From Octopus sinensis (taxonomy: Eukaryota): 64,000 nt of DNA. The notes under the pieces were generated by a model, which had not been told where the DNA came from, did no database searches, and saw only the letters and a program-made list of their open reading frames with translations. The stretch is taken from NCBI RefSeq assembly GCF_006345805.1, contig NC_043010.1, positions 12,338,001 through 12,402,000 of the forward strand. Direction: 5' to 3'. Of this stretch, positions 11,915 to 25,205 are shown piece after piece. The position numbers were made by a program, and so were the translations under genes. The number at the start of each line of letters is the position of its first letter. Position 1 is the first letter of the stretch.

Positions 11915-12540
11915 CTTTTTACTCTCTATTTTACTTGCTTCAGTCATTTGACTGCGGCCATGCTGGAGCACCGCCTTTTTAGTCGAGCAAATCGACCCCA
12001 GGACTTATTCTTTGTAAGCCTACTACTTATCCTATCGGTCTCTTTTGTCGAACCGCTAAGTTACGGGGACATAAACACACCAGCATCGTTGGGGGGACAA
12101 ACACAGACACACACGCATACATACACACATACATACATGCATACATACATACATACATACATAAATATATATATAGGGAGAGTTTACGAAAAAAACAAAA
12201 GACGAAGACAGGTGGTGTACAAAACAAACAGATGTATTAGTATAACACTCAAGAATAGAAAAAGTCTTTTACGTTTCGAGCCTATGCTCTTTTACAGAAA
12301 GAGACACAGAAAAAACAAGGAGAGAAAAAATGTGTGTAGTGGCTAACGATCTATCACAGCGACTATATATACATATATTCGATGGGCTTCTTTCAGTTTC
12401 CACTTACCAAATCCACTCACAAGGCTTTGGTCAGCCTGAGACTATAGTAGAAGACACTTGCCCAAGGTGCCATGCTGTGAGAGTGAACCCAGAACCATGT
12501 GGTTGGTAAGCAAGCTACTTACCCCACAGCCACTCCTACA
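11915..12540 (-). mobile_element. SINE family 1, full-length, interrupted in its microsatellite linker by the mini-element at 12174-12350
   Basis: 3' half at 11915-12120, 5' half at 12375-12540. Confidence 0.85.
12174..12350 (-). mobile_element. ~180-bp hammerhead-bearing mini-element, copy 2
   Basis: Reverse complement matches 4085-4262 end to end; motif CTTT-CTGTAAA-A-GAGC(ATAG)GCTC-GAAA-CGT-A-AAAG at 12266-12301. Confidence 0.75.
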
Positions 12541-12734
12541 TCGATAAATTTCCATTCTACCAACCACATTCTATGCACAAGGCTCTGATCAATCTGAAGT
12601 TGTAGTAGAAGATATTGTGGTATTGAACCTAGAACTCTGTGGTTGCAAAGCCATATATTTACCCACAGATCTATTTATTTCATTATTTATTTGCATATTT
12701 TTTTAAACATTTATTTTTCTTTTACATTTCATTT

Positions 12735-13060
12735 TTTTAATTGCTTTCAGTCACTGGACTGCAGCCATGCTGGAACTCCACTTTAAAGGGTTTTAGTCGA
12801 ACGAATCAACCTTGGTTTCTTTTTGGCAACCTGCTAAGCCATGGGGACATAAACAAACCAACACCAGTTGTCAAGTTGTGGCGAGTGACCAAACACAAGC
12901 ACAAAGACACACACATAGATAAATGCATTCATACACACACACACACACATTCAATAGTCTTCTTTCAGTTTCCAGTCCACTCACAGAGCTTTGGTAGGCC
13001 CAAGACTATCATGAGAATCCTGAACCATGTGGCATGGAAGCAAGCTACTTACCACACATC
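12735..13060 (-). mobile_element. SINE family 1, diverged
   Basis: TTTCAGTCACTGGACTGCAGCCATGCTGGA...TCCACTCACAGAGCTTTGG...AAGCTACTTACCACAC. Confidence 0.7.
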
Positions 13061-13164
13061 TCTATGTTTACTTATTTCACATTCAGTCTCATTTCCAATG
13101 AGCTAATCATTGTTTCATAGTATTTACGATGACATGACAGCCAACGAAATATTTGAGCCATGAA

Positions 13165-13385
13165 AGGTAGCGAGCTGGCAGAAATGTTAGCACGCCGGGC
13201 GAAATGCTTAGCAGTATTTCGTCTGTCTGTATGTTCTGAGTTCAAATTCCACCAAGGTCCACTTTGCCTTTCTTCCTTTCAGGATCAATAAATTAAGTAC
13301 CAGTTGTGTACTGGGGTCGATCTAATCGACTGACCTCCCCCTCTCCCAAAGCTTTTGGGCCTTGTGTCTAGAGCAGAAAAGAATA
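13165..13385 (+). mobile_element. tRNA-like SINE family 2
   Basis: GCGAGCTGGCAGAAATGTTAGCACGCCGGGCGAAATGC...GAGTTCAAATTCC...GACTTTGCCTTT...GGGGTCGATCTAATCGAC. Confidence 0.85.
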
Positions 13386-14013
13386 TTTGTGCCGTGAGTT
13401 ACTGTTGCTGTTGAACCCTAAATCAGTCCTGATCTAGCAAATGTATGATCAAAGGAATTCCAACCATGACCATCCTGTTTTTTGTTTTCTTATGAACAAG
13501 GAGCCTGTTGCCTCATTATCCAATGTGTTCTTTTTAAAAGATTGTAGGATGTGATCAGAAGGAGATTTGGCTGCTATTTCTAGAAAGATGTGTGATCATG
13601 TAGAGCACTAGTTCCCAATATTTTTTGCCAATGGGCCCCTTTGATTTCTCCCTTACTCTACTGGACCTCCATAGTCATTCAATATATATAAAAGAATCCT
13701 ATTGTATTTTTATAATTAAATATCACTGAGAATTGTATAAAAAAACTGTTAAAATTTTGTGTATTGTAGAAGTAGGAACAATTTATTGCGCATAAATTTT
13801 AACAACAAAACCTTATATGGATCCCCCAAGGGTCATAAGAACCCCGCTTCAGAACTTCTAATGTTAAGATTTCCTCATTGTCTCATAAATGGTCAGCAAA
13901 ACAAATGATGTCTTATTTTGTTGTAGTGTCCATATAGTGGTGGTGAATATAATGGTGGGGGTTAATGTAAACATTCTTTTCTTAGTCCTATCATCATCAT
14001 CATCATCATCATT

Positions 14014-14058
<45 letters not shown>

Positions 14059-14489
14059 CAGGCAGATAGACAAATGGTTTTACTTGTTTGGTACTATATT
14101 TATTGCTCTTTGAGGGTTGTAAAGCAAACATGATGTTGTTGTGCTCCTGAGATTCTCCCAACTCTACTCCCGATATACTGATGCACCCTTATTCTCTATA
14201 ATTCTTTAAATGTTTACTTTTCTCATCACAAGAGAGGATACATGTTTCACCATTGTTACACTGTAATTTAAGCAGAAAAATCTATTATAAGTTGAAAGAA
14301 AGATAGTTTTTAGTGGATTGTGAACAACAGATTCAGTAATATCTGATGATGTCATACATAAGCTGATGGTGAGATTTTTTTATCAACATTTTCTATATTG
14401 AGAATTCCTCTCCTGAGGCAATCTCTACAGAGAGGGCTTTCCATATTTTGTGTGTAAACACACATATTAAATATAATTGGATACATCTA

Positions 14490-14528
14490 TATATATAGAG
14501 AGAGATAGAAATAGGTATATATGTATAT

Positions 14529-14559
<31 letters not shown>

Positions 14560-14568
14560 ATATGTATT

Positions 14569-14610
<42 letters not shown>

Positions 14611-14678
14611 GTATATATGTATTTATGTGTGTGTGTATGTATATATATATATATATATATATAATGTATATATGTATT

Positions 14679-14711
<33 letters not shown>

Positions 14712-15324
14712 CATACATATATATATATATGTGTGTGTGTGTATATATATATATCACGTGATCACGTGACCGACCAGACCATCAGATGTTACACATTGCT
14801 GGTCACCAAATGCGTTCGCATTGTTTTAGCCTTCGAATGACACCACCCCGCTGGCTAAGCTCTGTGGGAAATATATATATATATGTATATATATATATGT
14901 ATATATACATATGTACAAATACATATACACATATACACATATGGGGCACTCTCTTTGTTACGATGACGAGGGTTTTAGTTGATCCAATCAACAGAACAGC
15001 CTGCTCATGAAATTAATGGGCAAGTGGCTGAGCACTCCACAGACATGGGAAGATTCAGTATGACACTGAGTGTGACAAGGCTGGCCCTTTGAAATACAGG
15101 CACGTGAGAAACAGGAAGGAAGAGTGAGTGAAAGTTGTGGTGAAAGAATACAGCAGAGTTCACTACCACCCCTTGCTGGAGCCTCATGGAGCTTTTGGTG
15201 TTTTCATTCATTAAACACTCACAAGACCCGGTCTGGGAATCGAATCCACGATCCTATGACCGTGAGTCTGATGCCATAACTACTGGGCCATTGCGCCTCC
15301 ACATACATACATACACACACACAC

Positions 15325-15398
<74 letters not shown>

Positions 15399-15445
15399 TA
15401 TACATATATAAATACATACATATATACACACATATACATATATAA

Positions 15446-15479
<34 letters not shown>

Positions 15480-15549
15480 TATATATGTATATGTATATAT
15501 ATATATATTATATGTATGTATGTATATATATATATATATATATATAGAT

Positions 15550-15583
<34 letters not shown>

Positions 15584-15596
15584 CATGGATAGCATT

Positions 15597-15650
<54 letters not shown>

Positions 15651-15825
15651 GTACATATAGATTGTGTGTGTGTATGTATATATATAATATAATGCATATA
15701 TATATTATATATATATATATATACACAATACATATATACATTTACACACTCACATATATACCTATGTATTCATTATTTTTATAGATGTAGATAGGTAGAC
15801 AGATATAGCTATATATGTGTGTGTG

Positions 15826-15864
<39 letters not shown>

Positions 15865-16464
15865 TTGTATACCTATATATATATATATATGTATACATGC
15901 ATGTGTGTTTATATGCACATAGGCATACACATACACATACACACACACATACATACATAGATGATCATTGAACCACTTACGTAGTAACCATTAACACTAA
16001 CATTTCTCTCAAGCATCTGGGTTATGGCACAACTTTGGAGAGAAACTGTTATATTGTTGCAATGGAGATTGCTTGATTTGAATCATGTGAACAGCTCAAT
16101 GGAATGTAACCAATGTAGAAAGCTCAGCAGAATGTTCCATATTCTATGGAAATCTAAGTCATAGATTACATTTTACTGATTTTCTCTGGCATTCTATCTC
16201 TGTTATTTTTCAAACTACCAAATCTCGTTACTATTATTATTGCCTATTTATTTTTATCTCGCTTATTTGATTTAGCCATGTGAAGCCTAAAGACTTGCTG
16301 TCAGCAGCCTCCATATCCTACGCCAAACTCTGCGACAAATCACATGATATCATTCAGTTCTTTATTATTTACTCGTCCTAACAAAATCTCTGCATACTGT
16401 GGTCAATTGCATTTACATATATATATGTATATATATAATACATAGATACGTACATACATATATA

Positions 16465-16562
<98 letters not shown>

Positions 16563-16601
16563 ACATATATACATAAATATATATATGAATGTATGTGTAT
16601 G

Positions 16602-16632
<31 letters not shown>

Positions 16633-17340
16633 GTACATAAATACATATATGAATGTATGTATATATATATATGTATATATATATATATAATATATATATA
16701 TATGAACACAGGTATATATGCATAAATATACATATATTTTTACACACATATCCAGAAGTGTATATCTATATGTATTTATATTTATTTATTAATATATTTA
16801 TATAATATATATACACACTCAAATGCACTTATATATATATGGATATATATTTATGCATATATATATATATATATATAAACACACACACACATTCAGATAT
16901 GTATATGTATTTGTGTTTATGTATGTGTTTGTATACATGTGTGCATGTTTGTGTGTGTGTGCATGTGTGTGTGTGTGTGCATGTGTGTGTGTGTGTTTGT
17001 GTTTCTATACTATGTTCATTTACGTAGATTTATATAGATATGTTTGAATGCATAATTAGATATTTATTCTCCATTCACATCCAGCTCTCACTCACTCTCT
17101 ATATATATTTATGTGTGTGTAGGCATATGTGAGTGTACATGTATATGTATGTTTATATGTGAATACTTCTATATATATGTGTGCATGTGTACATTATATA
17201 TATACACACACATATACATATATATGTGTAGATATATATATATATATATTTTTGTATAATTATGTATATGTGTGTGTGTATATATATGTGTGTGTATATA
17301 TGTATGTATGCATGTATGTATGCATAAGTGCATGCGTTTG
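14490..17340. repeat. Extended (TA)n/(TG)n/(GA)n microsatellite field interspersed with SINEs
   Basis: Directly visible. Confidence 0.9.
14945..15300 (-). mobile_element. Modular tRNA-SINE, body X + tail A
   Basis: Reverse complement starts GGAGGCGCAATGGCCCAGTAGTTATGG..GGATTCGATTCCCAGACCGGG; homologous to 18719-19101. A separate tail-B fragment lies at 14755-14862. Confidence 0.85.
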
Positions 17341-17749
17341 TTTTTCTCCAGTTCACTTCAATTGAAATGTGCAATGGTTTATGTCTAGCATTGCCCATAA
17401 TAGTCTTGATGATTTGAGACAAACATTGCTTTAAATTAATTTAATTAGAATTTAAATTACATTAATTATTGACGTACGTAAATTAAATAATTATGGAATT
17501 AATGATGCTTATTTGTAATGAAACAGCTGTTGAATTAATTAAATTATGAACTATGTGTAATATTTATGCTCTTCTGCTTTTTTTATCTAAATATATATGT
17601 TGCTCTGAAGAATCACTTTAGCACTTAATGTACACACATGCAAGATTTTCTGCCTGGATTTACTACAAGGCTATAGTGTATTGGAGTTTAATGAGTAATT
17701 ATTGAGCTCTTACTAATTGTGGACATATTATTTTTGATGCTTTATGCAG

Positions 17750-18350
<601 letters not shown>

Positions 18351-18409
18351 CGGAGAGGATTATAAAAGTTCACAGTTCCAGATGGTATGGAACTTTTCCA
18401 GATGGTATG

Positions 18410-19697
18410 GAGGTTGGTCCATATTTTCAAATCTCTAAATTTCTGTCCATTAAGAGGATACTTAAGCTTCCAGACCCTTCATTTCCATACAGGTCATCTT
18501 CTGGGCAGTCATTTAGTCCTGATCCTGAAGTTACTAACAACCAGCCTATGTCGTAGGATGCATTCTTCACCTGGGGAGGTTTTAGCATTTATAAGCAGTC
18601 TTCTTTCTCATTTCTTGGTGAAAATGTAATCAATCTGACTAGTATACCCACCAGACTGGTAGGTGAACAGGTGACTGGCAGGTTTCCTGAAGTTGGTACT
18701 ACAGCTCATATGATCATTGGAGGCGCAATGGCCCAGTGGTTAGGGCAGCGGACTCGCAGTCATAGGATCGTGGTTTCGATTCCCAGACCGGGTGTTGTGA
18801 GTGTTTATTGAGCGAAAACACCTAAAAGCTCCACGAGGCTCTGGCAGGGGATGGTGGTGATCCCTGCTGTACTCTTTCCCCACAACTTTCTCTCACTCTT
18901 ACTTCCTGTTTCTGTTGTACCTGTATTTCAAGGGGCCAGCCTTGTCACTCTCTGTGTCACGCTGAATATCCCCGAGAACTACGGTAAGGGTACACGTGTC
19001 TGTGGAGTGCTCAGCCACTTACACGTTAATTTCACGAGCAGGCTCTTCCATTGATTCGGATTAACCGGAACCCTCGTCGTCGTAACCGACAGAGTGCTTC
19101 CATGATCATTTGCATCACAGAACTCCAGGAGCCTAGACCAAATCCGTTGCCACCATGCACACCATGGACGCTCCCTGGATGTTGTCAAAAAGGCCCATTG
19201 AAGTCACCAGCCACAAATAGAAAGGCCCTGTCATTCGTCGGTGAGGTAGTCTGCAAGAGGATGTCATAAAATCAGTTTTTCTGTCCATCAGGTAGACCTG
19301 GCTGAAGGGCATAGGCCAAGATAATGGTTGCTAATCCATGTTGCAGCAATCGTCTAAGCTTAAGTATTCTATCACAGATTCTGACTAATTCTTTTACCTT
19401 ATCATCCTATTTCTCAGCAAGGAATATATCCATGCCCCCAACTCCAAAACTGTTCCCTACCCAGAATATCTTATATCTATGTTCTTTACCTGTGAGGAAC
19501 CTAGCAGAACTTCCTCTCCACCTTAGCTGTTGGATGCAACACAAGTCTACACACTGCTATTCAAGCATCTCAACAATCTCACCAGACCTACCTTTCAATT
19601 TGCCAACATTAAGTGTGCCAACTCTGAGGGTGGTGAGCCAGTGAGACCCAAGGATTAAGGATAGCATTTTGTATCTGAGAAGAAAGCTCACATGCAC
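18410..19697 (-). pseudogene. RTE-clade LINE apurinic-type endonuclease domain, decayed and split by a SINE
   Basis: Minus translation LRVGTLNVGKLKGRSGEIVEMLE*QCVDLCCIQQLRWRG...AGDFNG...LEFCDAND/HMSCSTNFRKPASHLFTYQSGGYTSQIDYI...PGEECILRHRLVV matches the canonical RTE EN motifs; in-frame stops present. Confidence 0.9.
18719..19101 (+). mobile_element. Modular tRNA-SINE, body X + tail A, with a 9-bp TSD
   Basis: tRNA-like head GGAGGCGCAATGGCCCAGTGGTTAGGGCAGCGG..GGTTTCGATTCCC; TSD ATGATCATT at 18710-18718 and 19102-19110. Confidence 0.92.
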
Positions 19698-19713
19698 ATT
19701 TGGTTGACATTGT

Positions 19714-20021
19714 TTGTTGTTTGTTCCTTCTCGAGCTATGCCTGGCTCGTAAGGGCTGGTTTCCCGGTTTCTTGGCATATAGGTTCCCCACTTGGGCGGA
19801 ACACCGGTCCATCGCAGGTGAGCTGCAAGATGCAGGAGGAAAGAGTGAGAGAAAGTTGTGGCGGAAGAGTCAGCATAAGTTTCGCCGTTACCTTCTGCCG
19901 AAGCCACGTGGAGCTTAGGTGTTTCACTCATAAACACACACACTGTCCAGTCTGAGATTTGAACTCACGATACTTCGACTGCGAGTCCGCTGCTCTAACC
20001 ACTAGGCCATGTACCTCCACT
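19714..20021 (-). mobile_element. Modular tRNA-SINE, body X + tail D, with a 16-bp TSD
   Basis: TSD ATTTGGTTGACATTGT at 19698-19713 and 20022-20037; (AAC)-rich 3' end; tail contains CCTGCGATGGACCGG. Confidence 0.9.
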
Positions 20022-20489
20022 ATTTGGTTGACATTGTAAACATACAAATAGGCTTCAACATGCATACACTTCACACTCATTTTATTTGTTTCACAATCAC
20101 TATGTTTACTAGGAGATAGACACTATATAGGGATGGAAGTAAAGTGAAGTGGGGAGGGAGCGTTCCATATAGGTAACCATTAGAGGTGCTAGGAGAAAGG
20201 CTTCTGGTAGAGTTTAGAAGATAAAGACTTCTGGTACAGGTGGTGGGATTGGGTTGGAAGGGTGCACTGCGAATGTGGAAATACAACAGATGCCTTATTC
20301 CTTAGCTAAAGGCAATGTAACATATCCACAAAGAAACTGAAAGGTACTAATTGACAATCAACATGAGAAAGCAAGGATACAGACAGTTTAAGTAAATGAA
20401 TATATAGTTGGTAACAAAAGTGAGATGTATGGCAGTGCCCCAGCATGGCCACAGCTTGTGAGCTGAAACTAGATAAAAATAAAAAATAA

Positions 20490-20825
20490 AAAATATATGG
20501 ACCCCCTTTGGTCATGACTGACTATGGGATTGCACCTAGAAAGTTACCCTCCAAGGTACAAGTCTGGGGAAGTTTGTTTTAACGGTTGATCAGCAGTCGT
20601 CCATGCATGCCAGCCTCTCCTCTCCACATTACCGATATGATCCAAGGAAAATGAAAAGGCCAGTACACCTTGGCACCAGTGACATTGCAACTCAGTTCTA
20701 CAATTGAGTGGACTGGAACAACATGAAATAAAGTGTCTTGCTCAAGAACACAACACATAGCCTGGGCTGGGAATTGAACTCATGATTGTCAGCCTGACAC
20801 TCTGACCAATGAGCCATGCAGCATG
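20490..20825 (-). mobile_element. Modular tRNA-SINE, body Y + tail C
   Basis: Body on the plus strand reads GAGTGGACTGGAACAACATGAAATAAAGTGTCTTGCTCAAGAACACAAC, followed by the tRNA-like head GGGAATTGAACTC...GAGCCATGC. Confidence 0.75.
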
Positions 20826-20829
20826 CACC

Positions 20830-20995
20830 ATATATGTATGTGACCGCGTGTGTATTGTTGGCAATTTTCTTTCTCTGTCTTCCCTTCCTTGGATCTTTCC
20901 TTTTTTCTATATTTCTGACAAAGACCTCCGCTCGAAACGTTAAATCCTCCTTCTTTCTTTCCTTTCTTGAGCATCCAATAACAGTATACTTGTAT
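20830..20995 (+). mobile_element. Penelope-like LTR fragment with a degenerate hammerhead (20911-20945)
   Basis: ATTT-CTGACAA-AGACC(TCC)GCTC-GAAA-CGT-T-AAAT. Confidence 0.5.
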
Positions 20996-21328
20996 AAGAC
21001 CCCGGGACTTATTCTTTTGTAAGCCCAGTACTTATTCTATCGGTCTCTTTTGCTGAACCGCTAAGTAACGGGGACATACACACACCAGCATCGGTTGTCA
21101 ACCAATGCTAGGGGGACAAACACAGACACACACACACGCATATATATATATATATACATATATACGACGGGCTTCTTTCAGTTTCTGTCTACCAAATCCA
21201 CTCACAAGGCTTTGGTCGGCCCAAGGCTATAGTAGAAGACACTTGCCCATGGTGCCACGCAGTGGGACTGAACCCGGAACTATGTGGTTGGTTAGCAAGC
21301 TACTTACCACACAGCCACTCCTGCGCCT
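20996..21328 (-). mobile_element. SINE family 1 (3'-truncated by the adjacent element)
   Basis: High identity to 3159-3572. Confidence 0.88.
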
Positions 21329-22019
21329 ATATATACATACACATACACACACTCACACACTCTACGTATTTGTGTATACATTTATGTTTCTTCCAATCCA
21401 TCTCCTTTCCAAATATCTTTCTGTCCGTCCTGCTCCCAACTGATGCTCTCTCTCTCTCTCTCTCTCCCTCTCTCCCTCTCTCTCCCTCTCTCTTTCTTTC
21501 TTTCTTTCGTTCTTTCTATTTTTTCTATTTTCAATTTGTTTATAATTACACCATTTAACAAATGTTATCACTTAGCTGTGCAGGCCAGCACTGTTGCCAA
21601 TTTTTTTTTTTTTTTTTTGGTGGGGGACATTCATCCTGATTTCTGGGTTTTCTTCAAAAGTTATAAGAATGGAAAAACAAGAGGAACTACATGCTGGATA
21701 GAAGACCAGATAAACTTTAAGTTTTTGTCTTGAAATTTTTTTAATCTTGATTGTGTTCTTAAAAAAAAAAAATTTTAAATAATTCTCTTGAAACCAACCT
21801 GCCTAAGATAAGCTCTGGTTCTGTAATATAAGTACTTTGATTTCATGTGTTCATGTTTAAATTAAAATCTCTCATTATAGATTTATGTAAGAACCTTTTG
21901 TTATGTTCCAAACACTGACTTATTAATGAAAAAAGTTCAGACTGTAGAATAAATTTTCATGGCATAGAAATAATGAGTGCAGCTGTCCAAAACATTTGAC
22001 TTCTCTGTGGAGAAAGAGA

Positions 22020-22460
22020 ATACACACACACACACATATGTATGTATGCATGTAAGTATGTATGTATGTATGTATGTATGTATGTATGTATGTATGTATG
22101 TAGTATGTATGTATGTATGTATGTATGTATGTATTGGTGTAGGTATGTATGTATTGGTGTATGTATGTATTTATGTATGTGTGTATGTTTGTATGTATGT
22201 ATATATTGGTGTATGTGTGTATGTATGTGTGTGTATGTGTGTATGTGTGTATGTGTGTGTGTATGTGTGTATGTATGTATGTATGTATGTATGTATGTAT
22301 GTATGTATTTATGTATATGTGTGTGTATGTATTTATGTATGTGTGTGTGTATGTATGTATGTGTGTATGTATTTATGTATGTATTTATGTATGTATGTAT
22401 ATATTTATGTATGTGTGTGTGTGTATGTATGTATGTATGTATGTATGTATGTATTCCACT
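22020..22460. repeat. (GTAT)n/(GT)n microsatellite
   Basis: Directly visible. Confidence 0.95.
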
Positions 22461-22831
22461 ATATCATCTGTAGTCCCACTTCCACAAGTATGTTTGGAGG
22501 AAAATCTGCAAATCTAGCGCAACAACTTTAAACTTTAAAGAGAATGGCTGAGGGTTAGCTGTTCCATTAATTAATTAATGAATTGATTAATTAATTGATT
22601 GATTTTGCATACAAACCTTTGTATAGCGAGGAAACAGTTCCTCAAGCCATTTGAAACATTTGTAACAATGAATAAAGTTATGTAAAAATTATAATTCTTC
22701 AATCTCTGTCTGGTTGCTATTATACTCTGCAATTATTATACCAAACTACCGACCCGTTAATAACCTGGTTTACAGTTTGTATGGATTGCCCAGTGTAGTT
22801 AACCTATATGTATTAATATACTCTTCACTAC

Positions 22832-23441
22832 GGCGGTGAGCTGGCAGAAACGTTAGCACGCCGGACAAAATGCTTAGCAGTATTTCGTCTACCATTACGT
22901 TCTGAGTTCAAATTCCACCAAGGTCGACTTTGCCTTTCATCCTTCCGGGGTCGATAAATTAAGTACCAGTTACGCACTGGGGTCAATATAATCGACTTAA
23001 TCCATCTTTCTGTCCTTGTTTGTCTCCTCTGTGTTTAGCCCCTTGTGGGTAGTAAAGAAGTAGGTATTTCGTCTGCTGTTACGTTCTGAGTACAAATTCC
23101 ACCAAGGTCGACTTTGCCTTTCATCCTTTCGGGGTCGATAAATTAAGTACCAGTTACGCACTGGGGTCAATATAATCGACTTAATCCATCTTCTGTCCTT
23201 GTTTGTCTCCTCTGTGTTTAGCCCCTTGTGGGTAGTAAAGAAGTAGGTATTTTGTCTGCCGCTATGTTCTGAGTACAAATTCCACCAAGGTCGACTTTGC
23301 TTTGCATCCTTTCGGGGTCGATAAATTAAGTACCAGTTACGCACTGGGGTCAATATAATCGACTTAATCCGTTTGTCTGTCCTTGTTTGTCCCCTCTGTG
23401 TTTAGCCCCTTGTGGGTAGTAAAGAAATAAGAAACGTTAGC
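22832..23441 (+). mobile_element. SINE family 2: head plus three tandem ~184-bp body units
   Basis: Units start TATTT(C/T)GTCT at 22881, 23065 and 23248. Confidence 0.9.
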
Positions 23442-23802
23442 ATCACCAGTGTGTGATAATCACCGGCTAATGAGTGAATAAAACTTAGTGTAGATACAAA
23501 TATCAAATTATATAGTCAATAACCCATTTCAGATTTTCAAGAAGTTAATCAAAGCTAGCTAATGAGATTTATATACTGAAAAATAAAACTGTATATATTT
23601 TTGATGTATTTTTGTTTTGCTGAGATGTGGATGGAGTTCCTTCTTTCCTATATATTTGTTTTGGTACAACTGAAAATTTGCATTTTTTTTCTTGGCCTGT
23701 GGTTTTGGAAGTATTGTTGGGTGCTGCACCACAATGAAGCATCAGATGGTGCTTGGAAGAATGCCTGGCTAATCCAGTGCCTCAGCTTTGCAATTATCTG
23801 TG

Positions 23803-24031
23803 TTAATCCTTTCGTTACCAACCCGGCTGAAACCGGCTCGGGCTCTATAGTACAAATGTTTTGCTTTCATAAGTTTTGAAATAAAATCGTCCACTAAACC
23901 TTAGTCACAATTTATGTTCCTAACACCAGCTTAATTATTGCTAAGTTATTTTACTAAATTCTTTGTTATGTTTAAAGTAATTGAAAGAAACACAGAGCAT
24001 CTCAAAATAAATACGGTAACGAAAGGGTTAA
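23803..24031. mobile_element. piggyBac-like MITE (family P1) with TTAA at both ends
   Basis: TTAA-TCCTTTCGTTACC ... GGTAACGAAAGGG-TTAA. Confidence 0.85.
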
Positions 24032-24224
24032 TGCTGTGTTCTGGAGTGTCTCAAAACATCTTCAGGAGAAACACTAGTTTCCTCTGGCATGATGTGTAAT
24101 CAAAGGAACATACTGCATTTACTTGTGTGTAAGTCACACCCCTAATTTAGTGTTAAATCTTGCTACAAAATTTTTTCCCCCGCTTCATAATATTAACTTT
24201 GTTCTGAGTATAAGCTGCATCCTG

Positions 24225-24572
24225 GCACATCCATGCCGGTGGCAAGTAAAAAGCACCATTTGAGCATGATTGTTACCAGTGTCACCTTACTGGGACTTGT
24301 GTCGGTGGCACATGAACAAAACATTCGAGCTTAAAAAACACCATTTCGAGCGTGGCTGTTGCCAGTACTGCCTGACTGGCCCCCGTGCCAGTGGCACGTA
24401 AAAGCACCCACTACACTCTCGGAGTGGTTAGCATTAGGAAGGGCATCCAGCTGTAGAAACTCTGCCAGATCAGATTGGAGCCTGGCGCAGCCATCTGGTT
24501 CGCTGGTCCTCAGTCAAATCGTCCAACCCATGCTAGCATGGAAAGTAGACATTAAACGGTGATGATGATGAT
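24225..24572 (+). mobile_element. RTE LINE 3' UTR/tail with internal ~60-bp repeats
   Basis: Repeated TGCCGGTGGCA(C)GTAAAAAGCACC-type units, then GGAAGGGCATCCAGCTGTAGAA...GATGATGAT. Confidence 0.8.
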
Positions 24573-24780
24573 GTTGAATCAAGTATAGAATTGTGTGACT
24601 TACACATGCTTTTCTTACTTGTTTCAATCTTACCCCACAAAAAATATTGCCCAAGGTACCAAGCAGTGCGATTGAACCTGCAAGCATATAGTTGGGAAGC
24701 AATCTTCTTGCCACACAGCCATGCCTGCACCTTGGTTTTTACATGAGCAAATGTGTTAAAAGTTTTTAACAGTACTGATA

Positions 24781-25205
24781 TAGGCGTAGGAGTGGCTGTG
24801 TGGTAAGTAGCTTGCTAACCAACCACATGGTTCTGGGTTCAGTCCCACTGCATGGCATCTTGGGCAAGTGTCTTCTGCTATAGCCTCGGGCCGACCAATG
24901 CCTTGTGTGTGGATTTGGTAGACGGAAACTGAAAGAAGCCCGTCGTACATATGTATATATATATATGTTTGTGTGTGTTTGTGTTTGTGTGTTTGTGTGT
25001 CTGTGTTTGTCCCCCTAGCATTGCTTGACAACCGATGCTGGTGTGTTTACGTCCCTGTCACTTAGCGGTTCGGCAAAAAGAGACCGATAGAATAAGTACT
25101 GGGCTTACAAAGAATAAGTCCCGGGGTCGATTTGCTCGACTAAAAGGCGGTGCTCCAGCATGGCCGCAGTCAAATGACTGAAGCAAGTAAAAGAGTAAAA
25201 GAGTA
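24781..25205 (+). mobile_element. SINE family 1, full-length, (AAAAGAGT)n tail
   Basis: High identity to the other copies. Confidence 0.9.

Noticed and set aside
13605-13860. Possible hAT-type MITE
   Set aside because: Termini are too degenerate to confirm TIRs or an 8-bp TSD.
18719-18795. Functional tRNA gene (also heads at 15230-15300, 19945-20018, 63674-63750)
   Set aside because: No closed acceptor stem was evident; the head runs into a SINE body and two copies have TSDs.
19105-20021. Apparent tRNA-headed (Pol III-driven) RTE LINE: a SINE head directly upstream of and co-oriented with the EN ORF
   Set aside because: A 16-bp TSD (ATTTGGTTGACATTGT, 19698-19713 and 20022-20037) and an own (AAC) tail show that 19714-20021 is an independent SINE insertion.
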